From Acidobacteriota bacterium (GTDB lineage: Bacteria; Acidobacteriota; Thermoanaerobaculia; UBA5066; Gp7-AA6), in assembly GCA_039931865.1 (NCBI GenBank), contig JBDTRB010000002.1:5589-69588 (forward strand): DNA of 64,000 nucleotides, in the 5' to 3' direction. The notes below the pieces were generated by a model. That model had not been told where the DNA came from. It saw only the letters and a list, made by a program, of their open reading frames with translations, and did no database searches. Positions 9,343-17,969 of the stretch are shown here, one piece after another. Positions within the stretch are counted from its first letter, which is position 1. Each line of letters opens with the position of its first letter. A program made the translations under genes and the position numbers.

Positions 9343-9478
9343 GCGTTCACCTCTTTTTTCTTCACGTTCAAATCTGACGGCATTTATTTCTCGCGGATCA
9401 AACGACTTTCAATTCGTACTTGATTTTACTTTGAATCAAAACAATTTGAACTACATTCACATCCAGGAGGTTTCTTTC
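9343..9478. promoter_or_regulatory. AT-rich divergent promoter/operator region between the XRE-cupin gene and the DUF378 gene
   Basis: A sharp AT-rich island in a GC-rich background. Inverted 8-mers GTTCAAAT (9366) / ATTTGAAC (9444), inner palindrome TTGATT-N8-AATCAA (9420..9439), and AGGAGG at 9465. Confidence 0.4.
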
Positions 9479-9718
9479 ATGAAGAAATTCGATGTCATCG
9501 CTGCCGTCCTCGTCGTCGTGGGAGCGCTCAACTGGGGGCTCGTGGGAATCGCGAAGTTCGATCTCGTCGCCGCGCTGTTCGGGCTACGGTTCGGGGAGAC
9601 CAACACGATCACGTCCGCGGTTTATGTGCTCGTCGCGATTTCGGGCATCTATCAGGCGCTGAGCGTCAAGGGAATCCAGCGTCGCTGGATGGATCCGGTC
9701 GTCGCCCGCGCGCGCTGA
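9479..9718 (+). CDS. DUF378 family small membrane protein
   Basis: Internal ATG preceded by AGGAGG. MKKFDVIAAVLVVVGALNWGLVGIAKFDLVAALFG.. is the DUF378 signature. Confidence 0.85.
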   Translation: MKKFDVIAAVLVVVGALNWGLVGIAKFDLVAALFGLRFGETNTITSAVYVLVAISGIYQALSVKGIQRRWMDPVVARAR

Positions 9719-9724
9719 ACCCCG

Positions 9725-10135
9725 TCAAGGAGCCGGTCGCTGACTCGGGTCCGGAGCGTCTCCGGGCTGACCCGAGTCGGCGAGGCAGGCGGCACGCATG
9801 AGGGTCTCGCGGGTGAGCGGATCGAGGAGAAGGTCGGGAAGGTCGGACGGGCCCGCCCACAAGAAATCGCTGAACTCCTCGTTCAGTCGAATCGACAGTG
9901 AGGCCGGCGCGCAGCGGTAGACGAGAAAGACCATGTGGAGAAGGGCCTTCGATCCACCAGAAAAGGTTTTGTCGAGCACCGCGTCTTTGAAGAACAGAGG
10001 GACCACCGATCGGAGTTCGATCCCGAGCTCTTCGCGCGCCTCCCGGCGAAGCGCGTCCTCGATGCGTTCTCCCGGCTCGACTCCTCCGCCCGGGAGGGCC
10101 CACTGCCCGGGAAAGACACCACGATCGGGCGCCAT
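9725..10135 (-). CDS. NUDIX hydrolase (5' end probably frameshifted; the likely original ATG is at 10214)
   Basis: Nudix box GGGVEPGERIEDALRREAREELGIEL. The first beta-strand (FRLVDNGDGRVLL) is in frame upstream of the annotated Met but has no start codon. MSFPERTRLIVV lies in another frame. Confidence 0.8.
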   Translation of the reverse strand: MAPDRGVFPGQWALPGGGVEPGERIEDALRREAREELGIELRSVVPLFFKDAVLDKTFSGGSKALLHMVFLVYRCAPASLSIRLNEEFSDFLWAGPSDLPDLLLDPLTRETLMRAACLADSGQPGDAPDPSQRPAP

Positions 10136-10290
10136 CCGGCAGAGGAGGACTCTCCCGTCGCCGTTGTCGACGAGGCGGAACGACGATCAGGCGAGTCCGT
10201 TCGGGAAAACTCATGAGATTGGCGGCATTCCAGCCATCGTTCGTTGCTGTCGGGGGGACCGCAGACTGAGAATATCGACACTTATCTTCT

Positions 10291-10737
10291 CTATCGTTTC
10301 GGCATTCGGATGGGTCGCCCGAGCATGGCCCGGGCGATGAGTTGAAAATCGGCTTCGGAGACGAGGGCATACCCGCGCCGGAACGGGAGCCTCCAGTGCG
10401 TCTTGTTCGAGATGAATCGAAGCTTCGGGATGAGCGGATGGATATCGGCCGGCCCGCCGCGGAGGTAACGCACGTCGCGCCAATACGGACGGAAGCCCCC
10501 TCGAGCCGTGACCTGGCGGGGCTCCTCGTCCGTGATCCGGCCGACCGCGGTAAATTTCGGGCAGAGCTCTTTCTGCTGAAACCGTTCGCGCCCGGAGTAA
10601 ATAGGCGATCCAGTCTCCCTTCCGCATCCGTCGCAGGGCGTCGGGCCGGCCGTGGCTCAGCTGGCAGAACCCCCCTCGACGCCCGCGAGAACGTGATCGT
10701 GCGAAGCGCTGCCGATCCAGTAATGAATCTCGGTCAC
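10291..10737 (-). pseudogene. EVE-domain protein gene interrupted by two 1-nt indels
   Basis: Spliced across frames it reads (GTG)TEIHYWIGSASHDHVLAGVEGG / FCQLSHGRPDALRRMRKGDWIAY / YSGRERFQQKELCPKFTAVGRITDEEP..GGFRPYWRDVRYL..WRLPFRRGYALVSEADFQLIARAM. This is colinear with EVE/DUF55-type proteins. Confidence 0.7.
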
Positions 10738-10846
10738 GGCATCGCGATCAAGCCCCGAAAGACCTGATGCAGCCTCGCACGATCGGCGCGGAATTCTCGA
10801 CAGAAGCTCCCGCTCGGAAGAAATGGGGTCAACGCTACCTCTCGGC

Positions 10847-11734
10847 TTACAGGCTACCCATCCGTCCGCTCCGATAGTCCTCCATCGCCTTTCGGATCTC
10901 GGCTTCGCTGTTCATGACGAACGGCCCGTAGCCGACGACCGGCTCGTCGATCGGCGCTCCCGACAGGACGAGGATGGTCGAATCGGCCGCGGCCTCGATC
11001 GAGACCGCTTCGCCGTGACGGTCCAGCACCGCGAGGTCTCCCTCGTCGACCGAGTCGGCGCCGTTGACGAGCCCGCCCCCGCGAAGGAAGAGAAGCGCGG
11101 CCGCGTGGCCCTCCGGAATGCGAAAGTTCGCCGTCTTCTCCTTTTCGAGCCGCATGTCCCAGAGGTCGATCGGGGTCTGCGTGCGAGCGGGACCTATCGC
11201 CGACTCGAACTGCCCCGCGATGACACGAACGGTTCCTGCGCCGGCGGCGAGCGTCGCCATGGGGATCGCGGGACTCACGATGTCCTGATATCCGGGCGGC
11301 GTCATCTTGAGCTTCGCGGGCAGGTTCACCCAGAGCTGCACCATCTCCATCGTGCCGCCCTTCGCGGTGAAGTCTCGGCCGTGCTTCTCCTCGTGAACGA
11401 TCCCCGATGCCGCCGTCATCCACTGGACGTCGCCCGGGCCGATCCGGCCCTTGTTTCCGGTCGAGTCGCGATGCTCGACCTCGCCCTGGTAGACGACCGT
11501 CACGGTCTCGAAGCCGCGGTGCGGGTGCTCGCCCACGCCGCGGGGCGTCAGGGCCGGGAGGAAGTCCGCCGGCGCCGCGTAGTCGAGAAGCAGGAACGGG
11601 CTCAACGATGGCGCGGAGTCGTAAGAAAACATCGAGCTCACGGGGAATCCGTTGCCCACCCAGTGCCGGGGCGGTGCCTGCTCGATGCTCAGAAGGCTTT
11701 TGCGATTGGATGTCGTGGTCGTCATAACGCTCAA
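10847..11734 (-). CDS. Pirin family protein
   Basis: HPHRGFETVTVVYQGEVEHRDSTGN.G.IGPGDVQWMTAASGIVHEE is the canonical pirin N-terminal cupin block. Confidence 0.9.
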   Translation of the reverse strand: MSVMTTTTSNRKSLLSIEQAPPRHWVGNGFPVSSMFSYDSAPSLSPFLLLDYAAPADFLPALTPRGVGEHPHRGFETVTVVYQGEVEHRDSTGNKGRIGPGDVQWMTAASGIVHEEKHGRDFTAKGGTMEMVQLWVNLPAKLKMTPPGYQDIVSPAIPMATLAAGAGTVRVIAGQFESAIGPARTQTPIDLWDMRLEKEKTANFRIPEGHAAALLFLRGGGLVNGADSVDEGDLAVLDRHGEAVSIEAAADSTILVLSGAPIDEPVVGYGPFVMNSEAEIRKAMEDYRSGRMGSL

Positions 11735-11809
11735 ATAGTCTTTTTCCGGGGAGCTGGGTTCAGGTCGCTCCCCCGGGCCTGCGTCAGGCCCCCTCGTCCA
11801 GCGGAGCTC

Positions 11810-11835
11810 GAGTCAGGACTTCACGTCTGAACCCC
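11810..11835 (-). repeat. Degenerate copy of the dispersed intergenic repeat
   Basis: GAGTCAGGACTTCACGTCTGAACCCC compared with AATCAGGATTTCGGGTCTGACCCC. Intergenic. Confidence 0.35.
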
Positions 11836-12018
11836 TCGGCAAGGCGCAGGATAAGATTTTCTTCATTACCTCCCGAAAAGGAGCCCGATGAACCCTGCCC
11901 CAAGGGTCCGGACTGCGCGCAGCCTGCCTTTTGTCGCCGGCCTGCCCGACGGTTCCGCGGCCGTCAAAAGGCCCCGCTCCCCGCGAAGAAATTGCCGGGA
12001 TAGAACCTGAAGACTCCC

Positions 12019-13221
12019 ATGACCGACACACGGGTTCTTCTCGAAGATCAGATCCGTTCCTGGACCACGCGGGGTCTGCTCGACGGCGCGGCGGCCACCC
12101 GTCTCCTCGACGACGTCGCGTCCACCGCCGCAGAGACGGCCGATGCGGCTTCCGAGCAATCGCGGTTCTCCGTCGGGGTCTGGATTCTCTTCTCGCTGGG
12201 GACAGTCGCCCTCGCGGCAGCTCTCGGCGTCTTTTTCGCTCGCGAATGGGGCGAATGGGGAAGATGGATCCGCGTTCTCGCCTCGATCGGCGTGCCCTCC
12301 GCGATGGCCGGCGCCGCCGTCTACTACCTGTCGGAAGGTCCGCGCCAGTTTCCGGCGCTCGGCAAGGTCTTCCTGACCCTCACGGCCGTCGCCACGCTGT
12401 CGTCTACCAATCTTCTCGCGGCAACCTACGACTTCCATCCGCGTCATGCGGTGATGACCTTTGTCGAGGCCATCCTTTTCGGGATACTCGCGTACCTCGC
12501 CGATTCGGCACTCCTTCTGTGGACTTCGGTGATCACTCTGTCGATCGCCTTCGGGTTCGAGGTTTACTCATCCTGGGGCTACACGATCGTTTGCCTAGAG
12601 AGACCGGTGCCGTTCGTGGGATTGGGTTTCGGTGTGGTCGTTCTGGCGCTCGTGCTGCGAAAATGGCATCCGCGGCTCGCGAATCAAATGCTGGTGGCGG
12701 GAGCGTTGATCACGGAGCTCGCGCTCTTCTTCCTTTCCCTGAAGGCGTTCGACTTCCACGACCGTCCGGGAACGCCCGAGACGGTGACCTCGTGGGTCGT
12801 GCTCTTCAGTCCATTCGTGATCGCTCTCGTGCTCCTGGCCGTCGTGAGTCTCAGGCCGGGCGGTCGAGGATCGTTTGGCCGCGCCGCCTTGATCCCCTTC
12901 TTCTCTCTGCTCCTTCTCTTCGCCCTGTCATCTCTCTGGCCTGAGCGGTTCTACCAGCGGTCCTGGGTGGATACCTGCCTCTTCACTCTGGCGACGCTCG
13001 CGACGGTCATCTTCGGCGTCCAAATTCGCAGCGCGGGCCTGATCAACATCGGAGTCGTCTTCTTCGCCATCGACGTCTTCGCGCGATTCTCGGAGTGGTT
13101 CTGGGACGAGATGCCGGCCGTCTACTTTTTCGGCACGATGGGCATTCTGTTGATCCTCGGCGGAATCTCTCTCGAAAAGGTTCGCCGGCGCCTCCTTCGA
13201 AGAATCGCGGGGGCGGGATGA
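12019..13221 (+). CDS. Polytopic membrane protein, DUF2157-like N-terminus
   Basis: A soluble N-terminus (LLEDQIRSWTTRGLLDGAAATRLLDD) is followed by about 10 hydrophobic helices. The codon usage is coding-like. Confidence 0.7.
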   Translation: MTDTRVLLEDQIRSWTTRGLLDGAAATRLLDDVASTAAETADAASEQSRFSVGVWILFSLGTVALAAALGVFFAREWGEWGRWIRVLASIGVPSAMAGAAVYYLSEGPRQFPALGKVFLTLTAVATLSSTNLLAATYDFHPRHAVMTFVEAILFGILAYLADSALLLWTSVITLSIAFGFEVYSSWGYTIVCLERPVPFVGLGFGVVVLALVLRKWHPRLANQMLVAGALITELALFFLSLKAFDFHDRPGTPETVTSWVVLFSPFVIALVLLAVVSLRPGGRGSFGRAALIPFFSLLLLFALSSLWPERFYQRSWVDTCLFTLATLATVIFGVQIRSAGLINIGVVFFAIDVFARFSEWFWDEMPAVYFFGTMGILLILGGISLEKVRRRLLRRIAGAG

Positions 13222-14747
13222 ACCCGGTCCGGTTACTTCGTGTGACTGTGTTTCTGCTGCCGGCTCTCCTCGCCTGGATCGTGGTTCTGGGGGAAGCCAA
13301 CCGGGCCATCGACCGATCTGAACCAGTCGGCGTCCCGGTCACTGCCGAGGCGCTCGCCGGAACCTCTTATTCGGGGCCACGAATCAAGCTGAGCGCCGAG
13401 ATCTTCGAATCGCGGCCGGTCAAGCCGGAAGAGTTCCCGCCAGGTGTAGATCTCTGGCTGACGTATCGGCTGGCGGGTTCGGACTGGAAGTTCGAGGGTG
13501 CTCACCAACGTAAGCGGCATCAATGGTCCCATTCCGTGATCGACCTGCCCGCGCGCACTGAATTGAAACCATCGCCGCTCCGCGTCGAAGCCGTTCCCTT
13601 GATTTCAGCGGACTTTGCGATCTCTCGATCATCGAAAGCAGAAATTCGTTCCAAGACCCACATCCGCCTCGTGTTGAAACGGGGAAGCCTGGGTAACGTG
13701 TGGGTCGAGTCGGCAACCGAGACCGGCGGGTCGCTCGGTCAGGTGACCGGCCTCATCGATTCTGCCGACGGAAAACCCATTGCCTTCGGGTCGATCGAAC
13801 CAAATCTGGAATCCACCGGGTTCATACCGGACAAGGCACAAGGATGGATTGCACGAATCGACAACAGAAACCTGGGACCCTCGACTGACCTGCCCGGACG
13901 ACCGACCGACTCGCTCAAGCTGGCCGACGGACGTCTCGTCGTGGCCGTGAGGGAGGGTCCTGATTTCAACAGCCGCGCATTCGCTCTCCTTCAGATCGGT
14001 CCCGGATTGAGCGTTGAAAAACGCGTCGGCCAGTTTGGTCTCTGGCTCGTTACCCTGGCGGACGATGGCTCCGTGTGGACGATGGGGCAGAACCGTCCTC
14101 CGAACAGCCTGATTCACAGCGAAGCGTCCGGCTCACGGCTCCAGGAGCTTGATCTCCGGGAGAACACCCCCCTCGAAGTCCGGGATGATGTCGTCGTCGC
14201 CCGCAATGGCGATGCGGTGATTCGATTTCGTCTTGCGGGCAATCGCCTGGTGGAGACGGATCGGTGGGGGATCGAGCGCCTTTCCGGCGCGTTCCTTCTC
14301 GACCACGACTCGGTCATCGCGGCCGGCTCTCGTGGTCTCTACAGGCTTTCCACGGGCGTTCGCGAGCCGACGTTGCTTTTTGCGCCCGCGGCCCGCCAGA
14401 TCATCTTTTCCGCCAACGCCGATCCGCTCGGAAACATGGTCGTTTCCACGGTTCTCGACGAAATTCGGAACGATTACAACCCCGTTCACCGTGGACCGGC
14501 AGAGCATTTGTGGTTCCTTCCGAAAGCGGAGGCTCCGGTGGACCTCGGAGACGTGGGAGCGACGGGTGACGTCGGATTTTCGTCGGACCGTCAAGCCTCC
14601 TTCACGAAGACGCAACGCGTCGTCCTACGAGGACAGGATCTCTACGTCGCTGCGGGCTCCCAGATCCTCGGGTTCGACATGACGAGCAAAGGCCTCGCGT
14701 TCCGAATCGTCGAGAGAGCGCTTCTCCGGCCGCGGCGCATCCTGTGA
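13218..14747 (+). CDS. Membrane-anchored hypothetical protein (N-terminal TM, large extracytoplasmic domain)
   Basis: The ATG overlaps the upstream stop (ATGA). N-terminus MNPVRLLRVTVFLLPALLAWIVVLG. The rest is non-repetitive and beta-rich, and I recognise no family. Confidence 0.65.
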   Translation: MNPVRLLRVTVFLLPALLAWIVVLGEANRAIDRSEPVGVPVTAEALAGTSYSGPRIKLSAEIFESRPVKPEEFPPGVDLWLTYRLAGSDWKFEGAHQRKRHQWSHSVIDLPARTELKPSPLRVEAVPLISADFAISRSSKAEIRSKTHIRLVLKRGSLGNVWVESATETGGSLGQVTGLIDSADGKPIAFGSIEPNLESTGFIPDKAQGWIARIDNRNLGPSTDLPGRPTDSLKLADGRLVVAVREGPDFNSRAFALLQIGPGLSVEKRVGQFGLWLVTLADDGSVWTMGQNRPPNSLIHSEASGSRLQELDLRENTPLEVRDDVVVARNGDAVIRFRLAGNRLVETDRWGIERLSGAFLLDHDSVIAAGSRGLYRLSTGVREPTLLFAPAARQIIFSANADPLGNMVVSTVLDEIRNDYNPVHRGPAEHLWFLPKAEAPVDLGDVGATGDVGFSSDRQASFTKTQRVVLRGQDLYVAAGSQILGFDMTSKGLAFRIVERALLRPRRIL

Positions 14748-14831
14748 CTCCGCCACAGCAGAATCCCGAAGGCGAAGCAAAAACGCGAACGGTTCAACGC
14801 GGTATCGAACCCAATTGATCTGAAGAGCCCA

Positions 14832-16541
14832 CTAAGACGCGGGTGATCTTTCCGATCGGACCCGGATGGCGAGACGGCGGAACCCCGCGTCGTACTGAGT
14901 CGAACTGATATCGAGGTCCCTCCGCAGGGCGAAGGCCGAAGAGAGCATCTGCCGGGCACCCGGCGCGTCGCCCGCCCGGTATCGCTCCCAGGCGCCGTTG
15001 AGATAAATCGCCGCGCGGGTGTCGGCCGAAAGACCGGGCTCGTCGGCGGCGCGCGCGTAATGCGAAGTGCTTTTCGAGATGATCCGCGCAGCCACCTGGT
15101 GGGCCGCGCCTGCGGGTTGTCGAGCCGGCGACGTGTTCTGTCGCGCCTGCAAAACCGGCGGCGTCGGGGGCGGAACCCGGGCAAGGGTGTCGGGGGCGGG
15201 GGCGGGGGCGAGGGCGGGGGCGGGGGAGGGCGCGGGCGCCAATTCCGTGGAAAGGGGTCGAGCGGTGAGATCCGGAGACAGCCGCGAGACCGGCACGCTC
15301 GTGGGGGCCGGGTTTGTGTAGGTTTCTGCGTTTGCGGCGGCGCCCGGTCGCGCGCGAAGCAGCGCGAGGCCGCCCCACACGAGAATCCCGACGACCGCGC
15401 ACCCGATCGCGACGCTCACGAGCACAGCGAGAGCCAGGCCGCTCCGTCGGGATGCGGAGGGGAGCACGGGGTCTGACTCCGGTGTCAGGATCTGATTGGG
15501 CGGGTTCGGCCGGATCAGGACCGGATTCGGTGCCGGCGGAGGAAAGTAGTCGTCGGGCGCCTCCGAGGGCCTCCGATCTGTCTGCGGCATTCTGCCGGGG
15601 AGATCGCGAGTTTCGGCGTCGTCATGAGGAACGTTATCCATCCGATCGGCCGAGGACGCTTCATGGTGATCAGCGGCGGCCGGCACAGCATCGCCGTAGA
15701 GACTGCGGAACGCTGCCAGGAGCGCTTTGCGCATCGGCTCGACGGAATGATACCGATCGTCAGGGTTTTTACGCAGCGCGCGGTCGACTATCGACGAGAG
15801 TGCGGGGGGAACGTCCTGCGCAATTTCCGACAGGGGGATGGGGTCCGCCGTCGCGATGCGGTTGAAGAGGTCTTCCTCGACCTCGCCTTCGAACGGCCGC
15901 GTTCCCGCAAGAAGCTCGTAGGCGACGACGCCGAAGGAAAAGATGTCCGCGCGCGAGTCCACGGGCTGCTCGAGGATCCGTTCCGGCGCGAGATACGCGA
16001 GGGTTCCCATGTTCCGGCCGGTGCGGTTGTGCCCCGTCGCCGCGAGCTTCGCGATGCCGAAGTCCATCAACTTGACCGTTCCGTCGGAGAGGATCCGGAT
16101 GTTTCCCGGTTTGACGTCGCGGTGAACGATGCCGGCGTTGTGGGCGTACTCGAGTCCGTACGCGATGCCGATCAGGATTTGAAGCTTCTCGATGAGCGGG
16201 AGCGCTTCGCGGCGCGCGATGATCCGGTCGAGATCTTCGCCGTCCAGGAACTCCTGAACGATGTAGGATATGCCATCATCAACGCCGAAGTCGTAAACGG
16301 TCGTGATGTTGCGGTGCCTCAGGCTTCCCCCGAGCTGAGCCTCCTGGAAGAATCGAGCGCGGACCTCCGGATCCTTCGCTTCGCAGGTTTTCACGGCGAC
16401 TGTGCGGCGGATCAAGGGGTCCCGGGCTTCGTACACCGAACCCCAGGCGCCGGTGCCGACCTTGCGTAAAACCTCGTATTTGCCGATCTTCGAGATCATT
16501 GCTCTCCTGTCGCCCTCTCCTTCCTTCAACATTCGTTCCAA
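14832..16541 (-). CDS. Ser/Thr protein kinase with a TM segment and a Pro/Ala-rich + TPR-like C-terminus
   Basis: GTGAWGSVYEA, VAVKT, HRDVKPGNIRI, DFGIAKL and LAYLAPE motifs. TM segment LALAVLVSVAIGCAVVGILVWGGLALL. The start may be an internal Met (16499). Confidence 0.9.
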   Translation of the reverse strand: MERMLKEGEGDRRAMISKIGKYEVLRKVGTGAWGSVYEARDPLIRRTVAVKTCEAKDPEVRARFFQEAQLGGSLRHRNITTVYDFGVDDGISYIVQEFLDGEDLDRIIARREALPLIEKLQILIGIAYGLEYAHNAGIVHRDVKPGNIRILSDGTVKLMDFGIAKLAATGHNRTGRNMGTLAYLAPERILEQPVDSRADIFSFGVVAYELLAGTRPFEGEVEEDLFNRIATADPIPLSEIAQDVPPALSSIVDRALRKNPDDRYHSVEPMRKALLAAFRSLYGDAVPAAADHHEASSADRMDNVPHDDAETRDLPGRMPQTDRRPSEAPDDYFPPPAPNPVLIRPNPPNQILTPESDPVLPSASRRSGLALAVLVSVAIGCAVVGILVWGGLALLRARPGAAANAETYTNPAPTSVPVSRLSPDLTARPLSTELAPAPSPAPALAPAPAPDTLARVPPPTPPVLQARQNTSPARQPAGAAHQVAARIISKSTSHYARAADEPGLSADTRAAIYLNGAWERYRAGDAPGARQMLSSAFALRRDLDISSTQYDAGFRRLAIRVRSERSPAS

Positions 16542-16709
16542 GCCGCGCAGGGGCCCGCCTGCCGGGGTTTCTGATCCTTTCGATCATCAGGTCAGACGTT
16601 GAAGGGCAGCCGGGATGCCCGCTACCGTCCAGGTGGCGGGGGCGCTCGGGTTGCGATCGCCAGGCGACGTGAGGCCTCGTCCAGCTCCACGATGTAAGAG
16701 ACTCAGCCA

Positions 16710-17561
16710 GTGCGCAGAGACGAGCGGTACCCCGGATTCTGGCAGGCGATCGGCGTGCTCTTCGCGATCTTTCTCGTTACGGTCTCCCTGTTTCTCGTTC
16801 TGAGGGGCGCCCTTCACCGTCCGGATGACGATCCGTTCGTTGCGACCGCCGCGACCGCCGCCGCGGTGCTGCTCGTTCTGCCGATTGCTCGTCGAAGGAC
16901 CGGGCTTCCCTGGTCGCGGGTTTTTCCGTTGCGTCCTTTCCGCGCGGCCCTTCTTCCGGGGATGGTGGCGGCGATTGTTGGACTGGGCATCCTCGGATCC
17001 GAGGTCGATAACTGGCTCCAAACCGTCGCTCCACCTCCGAAGCGGCTAACCGAGATGTTTGAGAAGCTGCTTTACAACCAGCCTCTCTGGTTTGCCCTCC
17101 TGCTGGGCGCAGTGATCGTGCCTCTTTACGAAGAGTGTCTCTTTCGCGGACTCATCCTGAGAGGCCTTCTCACGCGATACCGGCCGGCCGTCGCGATCGT
17201 GACGACCGCGTTGCTCTTCGCCCTGTACCACGGGAATCTCTGGCAGTTTGCCTCGGCATTTTTCGGCGGGCTGCTGCTCGGATGGTTGGTCGCGGGCACG
17301 GGCTCTCTCCTCGCCGGGATCATCGGACACGGTCTCAATAACGCTCTCGGGCCTCTCGTGGCGCGCTCGGGGATCCGCATCCCCGGCTTCACCACTCCGG
17401 GCACTCATCAGCCGCTCTGGGTGGACGCCGTGGGGCTGGTCCTGCTCACCGGAGGAATCGCGTGGCTTCGCCGCGCGCCGGAGCTCGCACACATCCGAGT
17501 CGCGACGGCAGTCGAGCCGGAGCCTCTCGCCCGTGATGAAATGGAACCAGCTCGCGACTGA
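16710..17561 (+). CDS. CPBP family intramembrane glutamic endopeptidase (CAAX protease-like)
   Basis: Motifs PLYEECLFRG, LLFALYHGN and IIGHGLNNAL (EExxxR / FxxxH / HxxxN). Confidence 0.85.
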   Translation: MRRDERYPGFWQAIGVLFAIFLVTVSLFLVLRGALHRPDDDPFVATAATAAAVLLVLPIARRRTGLPWSRVFPLRPFRAALLPGMVAAIVGLGILGSEVDNWLQTVAPPPKRLTEMFEKLLYNQPLWFALLLGAVIVPLYEECLFRGLILRGLLTRYRPAVAIVTTALLFALYHGNLWQFASAFFGGLLLGWLVAGTGSLLAGIIGHGLNNALGPLVARSGIRIPGFTTPGTHQPLWVDAVGLVLLTGGIAWLRRAPELAHIRVATAVEPEPLARDEMEPARD

Positions 17562-17635
17562 AAGCCCGGAAGGAGCGAGGCGCTCAAATCGTTTAAATTC
17601 GACGTTCTGTTCGCTGTCGCTGAGTTCTCCACCGC

Positions 17636-17691
17636 GCCGACGAGCCGACGAGCCGACGAGCCGACGAGCCGACGAGCCGACGAGCCGACGC
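17636..17691. repeat. Perfect 8-bp tandem repeat (GCCGACGA) about 7 times, intergenic
   Basis: Read directly: gccgacga gccgacga gccgacga ... gccgacg. It lies in the 400-bp gap between the CPBP gene and the 17970 ORF. Confidence 0.85.
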
Positions 17692-17969
17692 TGCGAGCCT
17701 CTTCTCGGCGGGCTCGGGGGAGCGGGTCCCGCGGGGAGTTGTTCGACCCGCGAATCGCGTGACGAAGCGGCGGCCTCGAGCGGCAGGCCGCGGCAAACGG
17801 GATTCGCCCGGAGGGAGGCCGTCCCACACGCAACCGGACCGACCCGCTGAGGAAAATCTCGTGCGGCTCCATCGGGCCATGTCGGCAGGTCCGCGACTGA
17901 CACCTGCCCTTCGCACCCGCTTGCTTGTTCTGTCCGTCGGAGCGGAGCCGAGTCGTATAGCATTCTCTG

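Noticed and set aside
9742-9778. Nested perfect hairpin GACTCGGGTC..CCGGAG-CGT-CTCCGG..GACCCGAGTC just after the DUF378 stop, considered as an intrinsic terminator.
   Set aside because: It has no U-tract and lies inside the 3' coding end of the convergent NUDIX gene. It may still pause or terminate transcription, but the evidence is too thin to call a feature.
10211-10627. 138-aa and 60-aa minus-strand ORFs (10211..10627 and 10291..10473) as independent genes.
   Set aside because: They are better explained as frame segments of one frameshifted EVE-domain gene (10291..10737).
15170-15260. G-rich repeat (GGGGCGGGGGCGAGGGCGGGGGCGGGGG) as a G-quadruplex or regulatory element.
   Set aside because: It lies within the kinase 14832 coding region, where it encodes the Pro/Ala-rich linker (PAPSPAPALAPAPAP). 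This is a composition effect.
17636-17691. CRISPR array (also considered for 37440..37479).
   Set aside because: The units are 8 bp and directly abutting, with no spacers. These are microsatellites, not CRISPR repeats. No cas genes are present in the window.
17700-17969. Possible riboswitch or ncRNA in the unexplained gap before 17970 (GGCAAACGGG..GCCCGGAGGGAGGCCGUCCC resembles pieces of c-di-GMP-I).
   Set aside because: I could not reconstruct the conserved helices or loops of GEMM-I or any other riboswitch class I know. This would need a covariance-model scan (Rfam/Infernal).
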